Positions 47,381 to 58,368 of a stretch of DNA of 64,000 nt are shown here, one piece after another. Within the stretch, counting starts at the first letter, position 1. Every line of letters begins with the position of its first letter. The stretch spans positions 477,554 through 541,553 of the forward strand of contig QPMI01000071.1 in assembly GCA_004431415.1 (NCBI GenBank), in the 5' to 3' direction. The translations under genes and the position numbers were made by a program. The notes under the pieces were generated by a model. That model ran no database searches and had not been told where the DNA came from. It saw only the letters and a program-made list of their open reading frames with translations. The stretch comes from Cyanophora paradoxa CCMP329. Taxonomy: Eukaryota > Plantae > Glaucophyta.

Positions 47381-48545
47381 CCCCGGCCCGCCCCGGCGCC
47401 GCGGCCGGCGCCCGGCCCTGGCGCGCGGCTGTTTCATTTCGAGAAGCCTTGCGGAATTCAAATTCGATCGCGACTAGCCAACGTATACGCAGATGTAGTA
47501 ACGTTAACAGCGATGTCGATAGCACTGCGGCATGCGCGCAACGCGACGCGCCTCTGCGCGCGCAGCCCGCGCCGGTACGCGGTGAGCTCGCATGCCGGCC
47601 CGGCGGGCTGGCGCCGACGCAGCTAAGCGCGCGCGCGCTGTGGGCGCAGCGCTGTGCAGCTAGCGTACTCCGGTACGTCGGTAGGTAGCGCGCGCCGCGC
47701 GCTAGGCCTAGGGCGCTGCGCGCGCGCACGCGTGCGTTCAAACTAGTATACTGGGTTTGATTTTGAATCGATATCGATCGCGATCGCGAAAATCGGACCG
47801 CCGGACCATTCGACGATTTTTGGCCGTTTCTTAAAAAGACTGCCCACCTCGCAACTCGCGTACCCCCTTTGAGTGGTGTAGTTTTCTCCGGCGAACCCCG
47901 CTCCCGCTCCTTTTGCTTGCCAGCGGCCGCCGCGCGCAACCTCGCCGTCAGCAGCACCAGGCCAGTCAGCGAGTAGCTCGTAGAGGACGAGGCAGCCGTA
48001 CGCGATCGTCGGGGCGTCCGCGCACAAAGCCCGGGTTTTCGCAGGCCAGAAGCCGCCAAGCCACCCCGGCTGCGAAAGCCGCTGCGCTTCGTTTAGGAGG
48101 TGCGCCAGGCCTTCTATGATTGGTGGGGATGACGAATTTGCGCCGCGCGCGGGCGGCCGGGCAAATCCCCCGCGCGCGACCGCGCGCGTGAAGCGCGCGC
48201 CCGTCAGCGACGCGCTATCTTCCTCTTAGATCACATAGACTCCGGTAAAAACAACAAGGACGCCCGGACGAGTCGTCTTGCCAATGTGCGCGGGAATTGC
48301 CCTTCATTAACGCGACCCTCCCCGCGCGCAGGCCAGGGCTCCCGAGACGATCCTTTGACCTCAGATACTTTTACCAAGAAGGCCTGTTGCAGTTGGCGCC
48401 CCCGTACGCGTCGGGATACGGTGCGCGCGGGAAGCCCTCTACCTGCCGTTCGTCATTGACCGTACCGCCCGCCGCGCCCGCCGCGCACCGCAGCCCAATC
48501 AGATCATTCTACGTAGCAGTTTACGACATATCCGAGGCATCCGAA

Positions 48546-50600
48546 ATGAGCGGGATGAATGGAGGCCTGGCGGGTTATCCCCCGACGGCCGCAGACACCG
48601 AGGGCTGGTACCACCACATGTACAAGGAGAACGCTCGGCTCCGCGCGCGCAATGATGCTTTGACCGACGAGAACACGGGGCTCCTCGATCTCGTCCGGAA
48701 CTACAAGCAGCGATCGTACGCGCACGAGGCCGAGATCTCCAAGTACAAGCGCAGGTCCGCCGCTCTCGACGTCTTTCTCGCGCTAAAAGAACCTGGAAAC
48801 CAAGTTGATCCCACGCGCAGACTGGGGCGCGCTATGGAGGCGCTGAAGAAGGCGGGGATGCGGGTGGAGCTCTCGTCGGACTCAGAGGGCGAGGACGGCT
48901 ACGACCGCCGCCGGCGCCACGAGTACGAGACGGGGGACCAGGAGCTGCCGAACTCGTCGCACGCCGGCTCGCCGCGCTCGGGCAGGTCGGCCGCCCCGCG
49001 CTCGACGCCCGCCTCGTTCGCGTCGCCGCCCGCCGACGGTTTCCCGCGCGCAGCAGCGATAGGGACATCGTGCCGCAGCAGAAGCCGGTAAACCCGAAGG
49101 AGTCGCGGCGGCGGGAGGAGGAGCGGCGCGCGCAGGAGAAGGCGAAGCAGGAGCAGCTCAGCGGCGACGACGGCCCCGTCCGCCGCTCCAACCGCAAGCG
49201 GAAGCCCATCGTCCGCGACGACTTTGACGTGCGTCCTTCCCGCCCCACCGGCGCCGCGCCGCGCCCCTACGCCGGCCGACGCGCCGGGTGCGCAGCAGCC
49301 GGCGCCGGCGGTTAGCGACGAGGAGGGCGGGCAGCTGGAGGCGGCGGAGATGATCCGCTGCCTTTCGAACGCGCCGACGCCGCGCGGGAGCCCCGTGCAC
49401 CGCGGCATCGGCGGCGCCCGGCGCGAAGCGCCGTGGCCGGAGGACGACGAGGTGGCGAGCCAGCCGCCCGCCCGCCCCGCCGGCCGGCGCCCCTGACGGC
49501 CCCCGCAGGTGCTGAGCCTCCGCAGGCAGGAGGAGCGCGCCGAAGGCGCCGAGGAGGAGGAGGCGCCCGCACGCGGCGCCCGCAGCCGCCGCGCCGTCCG
49601 CGCGCGGGGCCGCCCGCGGGGCGCGGCGGCGGCGGGCGGGCGGGCGGCGAGCCGGGCGGGGAGCCGGCGGAACTCGGTGGACGAGGAGGGCGCTGCGCGG
49701 GCGCGGCGGCAGCGGGCGGAGGAGGCGGAGGAGGCGGGCGAGGAGGAGGACGAGGACGAGGACGGCACGCCCGAGGACGACGGGGACGAGGACTACGTGG
49801 AGAACTCGCGCCGCGCCCGCGAGATCGACGCCGCGCACAACGGCGGTCCGCCCCGCCCCGCCCCGCCCCGCCCCGGGCTTGTGCTCGCCGCCGCCCGGGC
49901 CGACGCGGGGGCGGGCTGCAGGGAACCTGATCGGGATCGACCTGGACGACCCGAACGTGTGGCGCAAGAAGCGCATCCCCGTGGGCGCCGCCGCCGCCGC
50001 CTCGGGCAAGAAGGCCCGCCGCACGAGCCAGTACCGCGGCGTCTACTGGGAGGAGCAGCGGGGCAAGTGGCGCGCCCAGATGCAGGACGGGAACACGCGG
50101 CGGCACCTCGGCTACTTCAACACGGAGGAGGAGGCCGCGGAGTGCTACCAGAACGCCATGCGCGAGATGCAGCGCGCCCAGGTCCGCCCCGGCCCCGGCC
50201 CCGCCCGGCCCCGCTCGCCCCCGCCGAGGCCGCGGCAGGTCTCGGGGAAGCGCTTCAACGTGTCCGAGCTGCGGCGCAACGTGGCGGGGCCGACGAGCGG
50301 GGGGCGCGCCTCGGGGCGGGCCACCCCCGAGCCCGAGGAGGCCCCCGCCGCCGCCTGTGCGGCCCGGGCGGCCTCAGACCCCTCGGACAACGACGGGAGC
50401 CGCTCCCGCAGCGGCTCGCCGCCCTACCGCCTCCCCGGCCCGCCCCCGCCCAGGCGCTGAACCCCGAGGTCCGCCCGCCCGCCCGGCCCCGCCCCGCCGG
50501 CGCGCCGGGGCCGGGCGCTGACGCGGGGCCGCGGGTCAGATGCTGGCCGCCGAGCTGCTGCACAAGGTGGCGAACACGCCCCGGGGCTCCCCCGCCGTGA
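48546..50600 (+). CDS. AP2-domain transcription factor with N-terminal coiled coil
   Basis: TSQYRGVYWEEQRGKWRAQMQDGNTRRHLGYFNTEEEAAECYQNAMRE; NLS-like RRSNRKRKP. Upstream exons from 48284 may extend the ORF. Confidence 0.85.
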
Positions 50601-51453
50601 GCCCCCGCCGCTGCTCCACCGCCGCCATGGAGCCCCCGGCCCTCTCCCTCGCCGCCTCCGCCGCCGCCGCCCTCGGGCGCGACCTCGCCTGAGCCCCCCC
50701 CTATACATACATACGTCCAGCCCTCGCTTTAGTTTTCAGTAACGTCGTCAGGGCACAGTCCTTTGTTTTATTTCGCCGGGTGTACTTTATGCTCAGCTTT
50801 TTGGGATACCAACCGTGGACGGGTTATTAGTCTCCTCTGTTCATTGATCTCAGGATTCAGTTACAGTCAACGACAGTGTCTCTTGTTTTAGTGGCCGCCT
50901 GCTTCGTGTCGTGCATCTGCACAGTCCCCGTGTGATATATACTATGATAGGTCGCGTACGAGTGTTTGTGAGAGTTTGCAGCCAGTCTTCTGTGATATCA
51001 GTCTCCGTTGTGTCCAGGTGCCTATACAGCGTTTTCCTCAGCGTAATGAAGCCTTGAAGTAGGCCTTTCCAGAAAGTTCCCTCCTGTCCCGTGCTGCGTC
51101 AGTGAGCGCATCCGTGAGTCGTTCTCGAGCGTCGCTCGGAACATGGAGTAAATCTCGTTGTAACTATGTGCGTATCAGATCGGTATGCAGTTTTGAGCCC
51201 GCAGCGATCCCCTACCAGCTGTAGAACACCCTAGCGTCTTTTCAGAACTTTTTTTTTGTGAATCATTGAATTGTGGCAGGAAATACAGAGATAGCGTATA
51301 CGTAATTCGCGGGAGGGCGAGCGGGGGAGGCGGGGGCGGGAGGGGCCGGGGGTCCGCGGGCCGCGTGCTGAGGCCGCTTCGACGTGCACGCCCGGCGGCC
51401 GTGGCTCCAGTGATCGTGCACATCGATATCGTCGGCCATTGTGCCATGCCGCG

Positions 51454-53509
51454 TCACTCGTCCTCGTCCTCGCCCTCCTCGTCCTCCTCCTCCTCGCCCT
51501 CGCCCTCGCCCTCGGGGCCGTAGGCGGCGAGCAGCTCGTCGGGGTTCCCGTACACGTAGAGCTGCGGGGCGGGCGGTGAGGGGCGGCGGGCTCGTGGGGC
51601 CCCGCGAGGGCGCACCGCGAGCTTGGTGCGCCCGTAGCGCCGGTCCCGCACGCCCACCAGGCAGTCCCCCAGCACCTGCCGCCGCCCCCTCGCGATCGCC
51701 CCGGGTCCCCGGCGGGGCGGGGCGGGGCGGGGCGGGGCGGGGCGCGCCTGGGGCATGGCGCCCATCTCGTAGGGGTACTCAAACGAGACGACGCTCCCGG
51801 GGCCGATGAGGGGCGAGCGGGCGATCTGGGGGCCCCGGGGCGGCGTCGGGGCCGGCAAAGGCGAGGCGAGGGCGGGGCGGGCGGACGCCGTCGGCGAGCT
51901 CGGCGTAGGAGACCTCCTCATAGGGCGGCGTGAAGGAGACCAGCCGGAACGGCTCCCTGCCCGCACGCTCAGCCCCCCCCGCCCCGCACCCGCCCCGCCC
52001 CCCGCCCCCCGCACCTGTTGCGCCCCAGCAGCTCCGGCCGCTTCAGGATCTGCGGCGGCGGCGGTGAGCCCTGCCCGCGCGGGGCCGCCCCGCGGGGCCG
52101 GGGGCGGGGTCGGGCGCGCCTGGTCGACGCGGTAGCAGTAGGCGCGGCCGCGGCCCTCGAGGCGGCACTTCTGCTCGCGCCGGCGTGAGCTGTGGCTGGG
52201 CGCGGGCGGGGCGGGGCGGGAGGGGCGGGGCGGGCCTTGAGGTTGCGGCCGATGACGTCGACGGCGCGCTGGTCGGCGTCGATGAAGCACGCCTCCTCCA
52301 TGCCCCTGCCGCCCCGCCCTGAGCCCCCGCCCCCGCCCCCGCCCTCCCGGCCCCGCCGCGGGGGATCGCGGGCGCGCCTGCTGAGGGCCTCGATGCCGAC
52401 GGAGCCGCTCCCCGCGAAGCAGTCGAGCACGCGGCCGCCCCCGTCCAGCGCGCCTGGCCCCGGCCCCGCGTCAGCCCCGCCCCGTCGCCCACCGCCGCCC
52501 CGTGCTGCCCCGCACCGAGGTCGTAGAGCATGCTGAAGAGGGCGGCGCGGACCTGCGAGGCGCTCGGCGGGGACGGGGGTGGGGCGGGGCGGGGCGGGGC
52601 GGGCCTTGGACATCATGGGCCGCAGGTAGAAGTCGGGGGAGACGAGCTTGACGCCCTTGGCGGTGCCTGCGCGCCCCGCTCGCGCGCCGCGGCGCAAAGC
52701 GGGCGGAGCCGGCGGGGGCGGGGGCGGGGGCGGGCGGGGGGGCGCGCCGGCGATGATGCGGAGGGAGGGCGGCTTCTCGTAGGTCTGCATGGAGCGGGTG
52801 ACGGGCCGCCGCTCGAGGGCCTCCCCCGTCGCCCCGTCCACCACCGCCGAGCCCAGGCCCGTCCCCTGCTTCCTCACCGTCCCCCGCTTCGTCCGCGTCG
52901 CCCCCTCCGCCGAGCGCGCCGTCGCCTTCCGCCCCTTGCGGCCGCCCGCCTCGTCCTCGCCCCCGGCATCCTGCCCCGCCGCCTCGTCGTCCGAGCCCGC
53001 CGCCTTGCCCTTCTTCTTCTTCGTCACTGCCGCCCGCTCAGGGGCGCCCGCGCGCCCGCAGGGGCCGCGCAGGGTCGGCGCTCACCGAGCTCCCGGCGCT
53101 CGTACTCGAGGATCGCGGCCATGTAGCGCGCGTCCTCCGACGAGTCGTCGAACTTGAAGCCGTACACGCTCTTGTCCCCCTTCTTGAAAGACCGCCGCCG
53201 CGGCTCCTCATCGTCAGAGCCGCTCTCGTTCTCGAGATCTGCTGGGCGTGCGCGAGCGCTGACTGGAGTGGGCCAGCCGGGCGCCTCAGGGCCACTGGAA
53301 GAGCGCGAAACCCATTTGCGAGATTTACGCGCTGAGTCGATCGCGCTCTGCGAGCCGAAGAATCGTGCCCGCAGCTGCGTACGCTCGGTGGCTGGCCTGC
53401 TAGCTGGCGGCTCCGCCGCTGCGCGCGCCGGGCTTTGATCGATGTGCTGACCTCCAGGCTGCCTCCCGCACGCCCAGGGGAGCACGAACGCGGCCAGAGA
53501 TCGCTCCAT
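51454..53509 (-). CDS. rsmD: Plastid-type RsmD/YhhF 16S rRNA m2G966 methyltransferase
   Basis: LRIIAGTAKGVKL, LRPMMSKVRAALFSML, VLDCFAGSGSVGIEALSRG, SFTPPY, RRYGRTKL; AAFV-containing transit peptide. Confidence 0.9.
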
Positions 53510-53569
53510 CAATTGCCGCACCCCCCCCCCCCCCCCACAGCGTGGCAGTTCGTGTCATCGATCGCAGCT

Positions 53570-54525
53570 ATGTCGCAGTCGTTCGCAGTCGCCGATGGGA
53601 CGGATCGCGCGTTCGCGGCTGAGGCCGTGAAGACCAACCAGAAGCTCCTGGACGCCATCGCGTGCGCGCCCCGCCGCGCCCGGCCACGAGACTTCTAGCG
53701 CCGCCTCCGCCATGCCATCCCCCCATTGGCGAGCTGGTTACCCCATCCCCTCGCGATCTCCTTGGGTTCTGGCGTCTGGGCGAGCTGCGCTACCATCTCT
53801 AGCCAACTGCCGGCTGCGCGCGCTGCGCGAGCTGCCGATCGCAAGTACCGCTCCTCTTTAAGCTAAAGATCACATCGGATTTGCCGGGGACGGAGAGGGC
53901 CGCGTGGGTTCTCTGGTCGCAGTCCCGTCGCTCATTGCGCCCCGCAGCGCGGGCGACTGGGCGACGTACCAGTCGATGTGCAACGAGACGGTGCGTTGGT
54001 GCTCTGGAGCACACCGCTCGGAGGCGCTGGCCGCCTCCGCGGCCGGTGGGATTGAATCTGGCCGCGCCGCGCGCGGGCTGCCCGCAGGCGACCTGCTTCG
54101 AGCCGGAGGCCCTGGGCCACTTGATCGAGGGCATGCCCTTCCACCGCTACTACTTCGACCCGGTGCCCCGCCGCCCGCCTCACGCGCCCGGCGCCCCGCT
54201 GGCACTGCCTGCTGATGAGTGCCGGCAGAGCGCGCCGCCGGCGGACCCGACCAAGGTGAAGATCTCGCAGAACACCATGTCGGGCGTCCACGTCCGCCAG
54301 TGCGGTGCGCAGCAGCGCGCGGCGAGCCGGGGGCCGAGGTTCGAGGCGGGGCGGGGGGTAGGGAACGCGGCGATCCTGTGCTACATTCGGCTGGTGCAGT
54401 CGTTCAAGAACGGCGCGCACGTGACCAGCGAGACGGAGGAGACCCGCATCTGGGAGAAGACCCCCCAGGGCTTCAAGCTCGTCCACCTCCACCGGTCCGG
54501 CCCATGCCCCCCCTGCACCCCCTGA
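53570..54525 (+). CDS. Stand-alone CaMKII association (hub) domain protein, NTF2-like
   Basis: NQKLLDAIAAGDWATYQSMC..ATCFEPEALGHLIEGMPFHRYYF..AILCYIRLVQ..EETRIW..LVHLHRSG; 5 exons; no kinase domain. Confidence 0.9.
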
Positions 54526-54704
54526 CGTCGACGCGCCGCTGAGTATGAGAGCCCCGCAGGTCGAAGCCCACCCGCGCGTAAGCCGAAGCGCCCCCGCACG
54601 GCGCCTCTAGCCTGTAGTGCATCGAGTTCTCTGTCTTGCCTGTAGTGCACCCGCTGACGGGCTCAGAGCTCTTGTATTTACAGACGGCCGGGCCTGTGCA
54701 GCGA

Positions 54705-55267
54705 TCACGTGGATACCCTCCTCAACACTGCATAGATTTTGGAGTCCGCGATCGTGACTATGTACTGTTGGCTGTCGACGGAGACTGCGAGGGGGATCTC
54801 AGTCAGCACTGGCTCAGGAACGGCGCGGGGCGGGGCGCGGCTTCGCGGGCACTCCAGACGAACCAGTGAGGCGCTTGAACGTGTCAGCGGGATTCCCGAC
54901 CGCGAACATCACCCCATTCGTGTCCTGTGACACAGCTCGAACCATGCCCGCTAGAACTCGGGTCGCGCCCGCTGGACCCGGGGCGCGCGCCGCACCTGAA
55001 GCAGGCGATGTATGACGCGGGACACTTCCGTCGCTTTGCTCGAGAGCTCACCGGTCGCCTGCGCAAGCGCGCCGAGGTCGGCCGTCGGGCGCTAGCGGGC
55101 GCGGGTGGCGCTGGATTTCAGACCTTCAGCACGGTGCCGTTGATGTCTGTGACCAGAACGCCGAGCGTATTCGGTAGAGACTCCAGCGCGGAGATGTCGA
55201 CCTCCTGCGCCTGCTCGAGCGAGTGGCATGAGCGCGATGAGCGCGGCGCATGAAAGAGACACACCAT
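54705..55267 (-). CDS. LAMTOR4: Ragulator subunit LAMTOR4-like roadblock protein
   Basis: M|AQEVDISALESLPNTLGVLVTDINGTVLK|ATGELSSKATEVSRVIHRLLQ|DTNGVMFAVGNPADTFKRLT|VSVDSQQYIVTIADSKIYAVLRRVST* parallels human LAMTOR4 (LERIPDQLGYLV..G.L..FKRLSV..VTV..VFVVKR). Confidence 0.75.
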
Positions 55268-55403
55268 CGCCTGTGCTCTCGTTCCTGCACGTTCTGCCCA
55301 CACTTGCTCCTCTTCTCGCACGTACCCCGCACGGCGGCTTTCTTGTGAGCAAGCGCGATACGTGCGTAGCCCGCAACCGCATTAGAAGCGGCTTGAGAGC
55401 GGC

Positions 55404-56322
55404 ATGCTTCGAAGGATCAGCAGCGGCAGCGCGAGGGCCCGCCGCCCCGACTCAGGCGGCGCAGACGCGACAAGCTCAGTGGCGAGTCTCAACCCCTTCG
55501 ACAAGCTCAATGGTGAGCGCAGGCACGGCCTCTTCGACGCGCTCGGCCGCCGTGCGCTCAAGCGTACGCTTGCGCTTAGATGACATCGTCGAGGTCATCA
55601 TGCTCTTTCTGGACGCCAAGGGTGTGGCTGCGTTCGCTTGCTCAAGTAGACGCTTCCGGGCGCTGTCCAGGTAAGCGCCCGCTTAGCTTTAATGATCACC
55701 CGCCCACGACTTCCCCTGAGCCGCGCTGCCCCACATCAGGGAGTTCGAGGTGGTTTGGATGCGCCACCTCCCCCGACTCTCCTGCTCGATCTTGATCCCC
55801 CGCTCGTCCTGGCTGGCCATCCCGCAGGTGCCAGCTCCCGCGCTCTGCGGCCGTGTTTCTAGTCACTGAGTGCTGACGAGAGCGGCGGGCAGCGGCACCT
55901 GGGGCGGGTGATTGCGCAGAGCAGCCTGCTGGAGCTGCACCGGAACCCGCCGCCAGCGCGCTTCGACGAGGACGCGGGGGTGTGGAGCGGGGCGCTGCGG
56001 CTCGCCTTTGGGGAGGCGCAGCTGGAGCGCAGGCCGGGCCTCTCCCTCAAGGCCCTCTACGTCAAGAAGCTCCGCGAGTGGACCAGGAAGGTCCCCGCCC
56101 CGGCCTGCGCCCCGTCCCCCGCCCCCCCCCCCCCCCCCCCCCCGCCCCCCCCCCTCCGCCGCGCGCCCGCCCCCGACGCTGACCAGGCCCCGCGCCGCCG
56201 CCGCGCCGTGCCTCCAGGACGAGTACCGGCGACTTATGTTCGGACACTCGGGCGCCGGTGGCGCCCGCCCGCCCGGCGCCCCGCCCTCGCGCCTCGGCAG
56301 GAGCTTCGAGACCCTCTTGTGA
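55404..56322 (+). CDS. Small F-box protein
   Basis: PFDKLN|DDIVEVIMLFLDAKGVAAFACSSRRFRALS..VWMR. Confidence 0.7.
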
Positions 56323-56441
56323 CCCCTGCACGCGTGCAATCTGTCATCTACTTGAACTGCACCGCTTGAGCTGATACACTGATTCATAAGTACACGTCAT
56401 GATTTTAGCTGGAGCGCCGGCGGGGGCCTCGCGATCGGGGC

Positions 56442-58083
56442 TCAGACGGGGACGTTGGCGCCGCGGGGGCGAGAGGGCCACGGCCAGGGGGGGAGCTTGT
56501 GGAAGGGGGCGAGGGGCGGCACGGCCGGCGGCGGCGGGGCGCGGGGCGGGGCGGAGAGGGCGGGGCCGGCTCGAGGAAGGGCCCGATGGCGGCGTCCTGC
56601 CAGGCGTGCCTGGGGCGGGCGGCCGGGTGCGCGCGCGCCGCCCGCACCGTCGGGCTCACCGGCACGTTCCCCGTCGCCAGCGCGAAGAGCGGCTCCGCCA
56701 CGCACGCCGGCAGCGCCCCCAGGCACCCGCACGTCGCCGACATCTGCCCGCCCGGTACCTGCCGCCCCGCCCCGCCTCGGCACCCTCGCCGGGGGCGGGG
56801 GCGGGGCCGGGGGGCGGACGTGCGCTTGGGGTGGGCGCTGGAGAGGGCGTCGAGGACGTGCGAGGCGATGAGGCCGGGGCCCGGCATCGCCCCCGGCGCC
56901 GACGCCGCCCGCAGCGCCGACCTGCTCGCCCCGCTCTCAGCCCCGGGGCGGCGCGGTGCGGGGGGCGGCGTGGCGGGCCAGCTGCGGCGGAAGGGATCGT
57001 CGTAGTCGGGGGAGCGGGCGAGGACCTGCGGGGCCGGGGGCCCTCGGCCCTCGAGGCGGGGCGTGGCGGGGCGGGGATCGCGCCTCTGCAGACTCGGCGT
57101 CGAGGGCGGCGACATCGGTCATCGCCGTCCGCACGTGGCCCTGCGCACCCCGTCTCGGGCCGGGCCGGGCGGCGCGGGCGGCCCCCGGGGCGCACGGGCT
57201 TGACGAGGGAGACGGAGACGCCGTGGGGCGCCAGCTCGCGCCGCAGACTCTCCGCCAGCCCCTCCACCGCCCGCCTGCGCCGCCCCCGCCCGCCCCGGTC
57301 GCCCCCGCGCCGGCGCGCGCCCCGGCCGGGCGGCGCCGCGCGCACTTGGAAGCGCAGTAGGCGGAGTAGAAGGGCATGGCGAAGTCGCTGGCGATGGAGC
57401 CGACGAGCACGACGCGGCCGCGCGTGCGCCGCACCTCCGGCAGCAGCGCCCGCAGCACCCCGAAGTGCCCCACCACGTTCACTGCGCCCCCGCGTGCCAC
57501 GCGCCCCATCGGCCCGAGCGCAGCGAGCCGGCGCCTCCGCGGCCAAGGCGCGCGCGCACCCTCGAAGATGCGCCGCACGTCGGCCATCTGCATCGTCTCG
57601 AGGGGGCCCCTCCGGAGCGTCCCGGAGTTGCACACGACGCCCAGGCGGCCCCAATCGGCGAGCGCCGGCCGTATGATCTTCGGGAGCTTCTCGATGTCCT
57701 GCGCACGCGCATGCGGGACGGCTTCTGAGCGCCGCGCCGCGTGCTTCCGGGGCCGCGAGCTCGAGGAGACGCACGTCTGTCTTCGTGATGTCGAGGACGA
57801 CTGTCTGGAGGCGCGAGGAGGCCCGCGCCTGCAGCGCCCGCCCCTCTTCCGCATTCAACACGCTCGCAAAAACCTTCAACGCCGCAACAGCAGCTCAGTT
57901 CAGCGTCGAGCGAAGACGCGCGCGAAGGCCGCACGGCGGCGGCATTGGAGGCAGCAAGTGCAGTTCACGTGCACGGACCTTGAACCCGGCGCGGTCCAAC
58001 AAGAGCGCCGTCTCGCGCCCGATGCCAGATGAGGCACCGACCACTAGAACAACGTAGGGCTGCAAAGAGGGACCGGCGCCCAT
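56442..58083 (-). CDS. Classical short-chain dehydrogenase/reductase
   Basis: VVLVVGASSGIG, LDIT, VCNSG, VNVVG, GRVVLVGS, YCASK (YxxxK), SLRREL, KPGHVRT. Confidence 0.9.
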
Positions 58084-58368
58084 GGCCGGAGAGAAGGAGT
58101 AGAGGTACAAACGATGTCGATCTGGCCGGCTGTTGCGATCAAATTTGATGGGGTGCACGGATCACGGCGCGGCAGTCACGATTTGCTCTGGATCGGCAGA
58201 GAGCTATACTGTTTAAATCCCTCGCCGAAGGCGCTTGCTTCTGCGCTTTTCGGCCGCGGAATTCGGCGAAGTGGGGGAGTACGGGAATACGACAGCGGGC
58301 CGCAGGAAACCGAGGCCGGGTCTTCACGCCCAGAGCGCCAAGCCAGCGAGCTGGCGACGGAGGCAGCG

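Noticed and set aside
48085-48105. CCTAAAC on the minus strand as a telomerase RNA template
   Set aside because: Shorter than a usable template and no other supporting elements.
50700-51300. Lower-GC stretch as a foreign or viral insert
   Set aside because: No credible ORF; consistent with convergent 3'UTR/terminator DNA of AP2 and RsmD.
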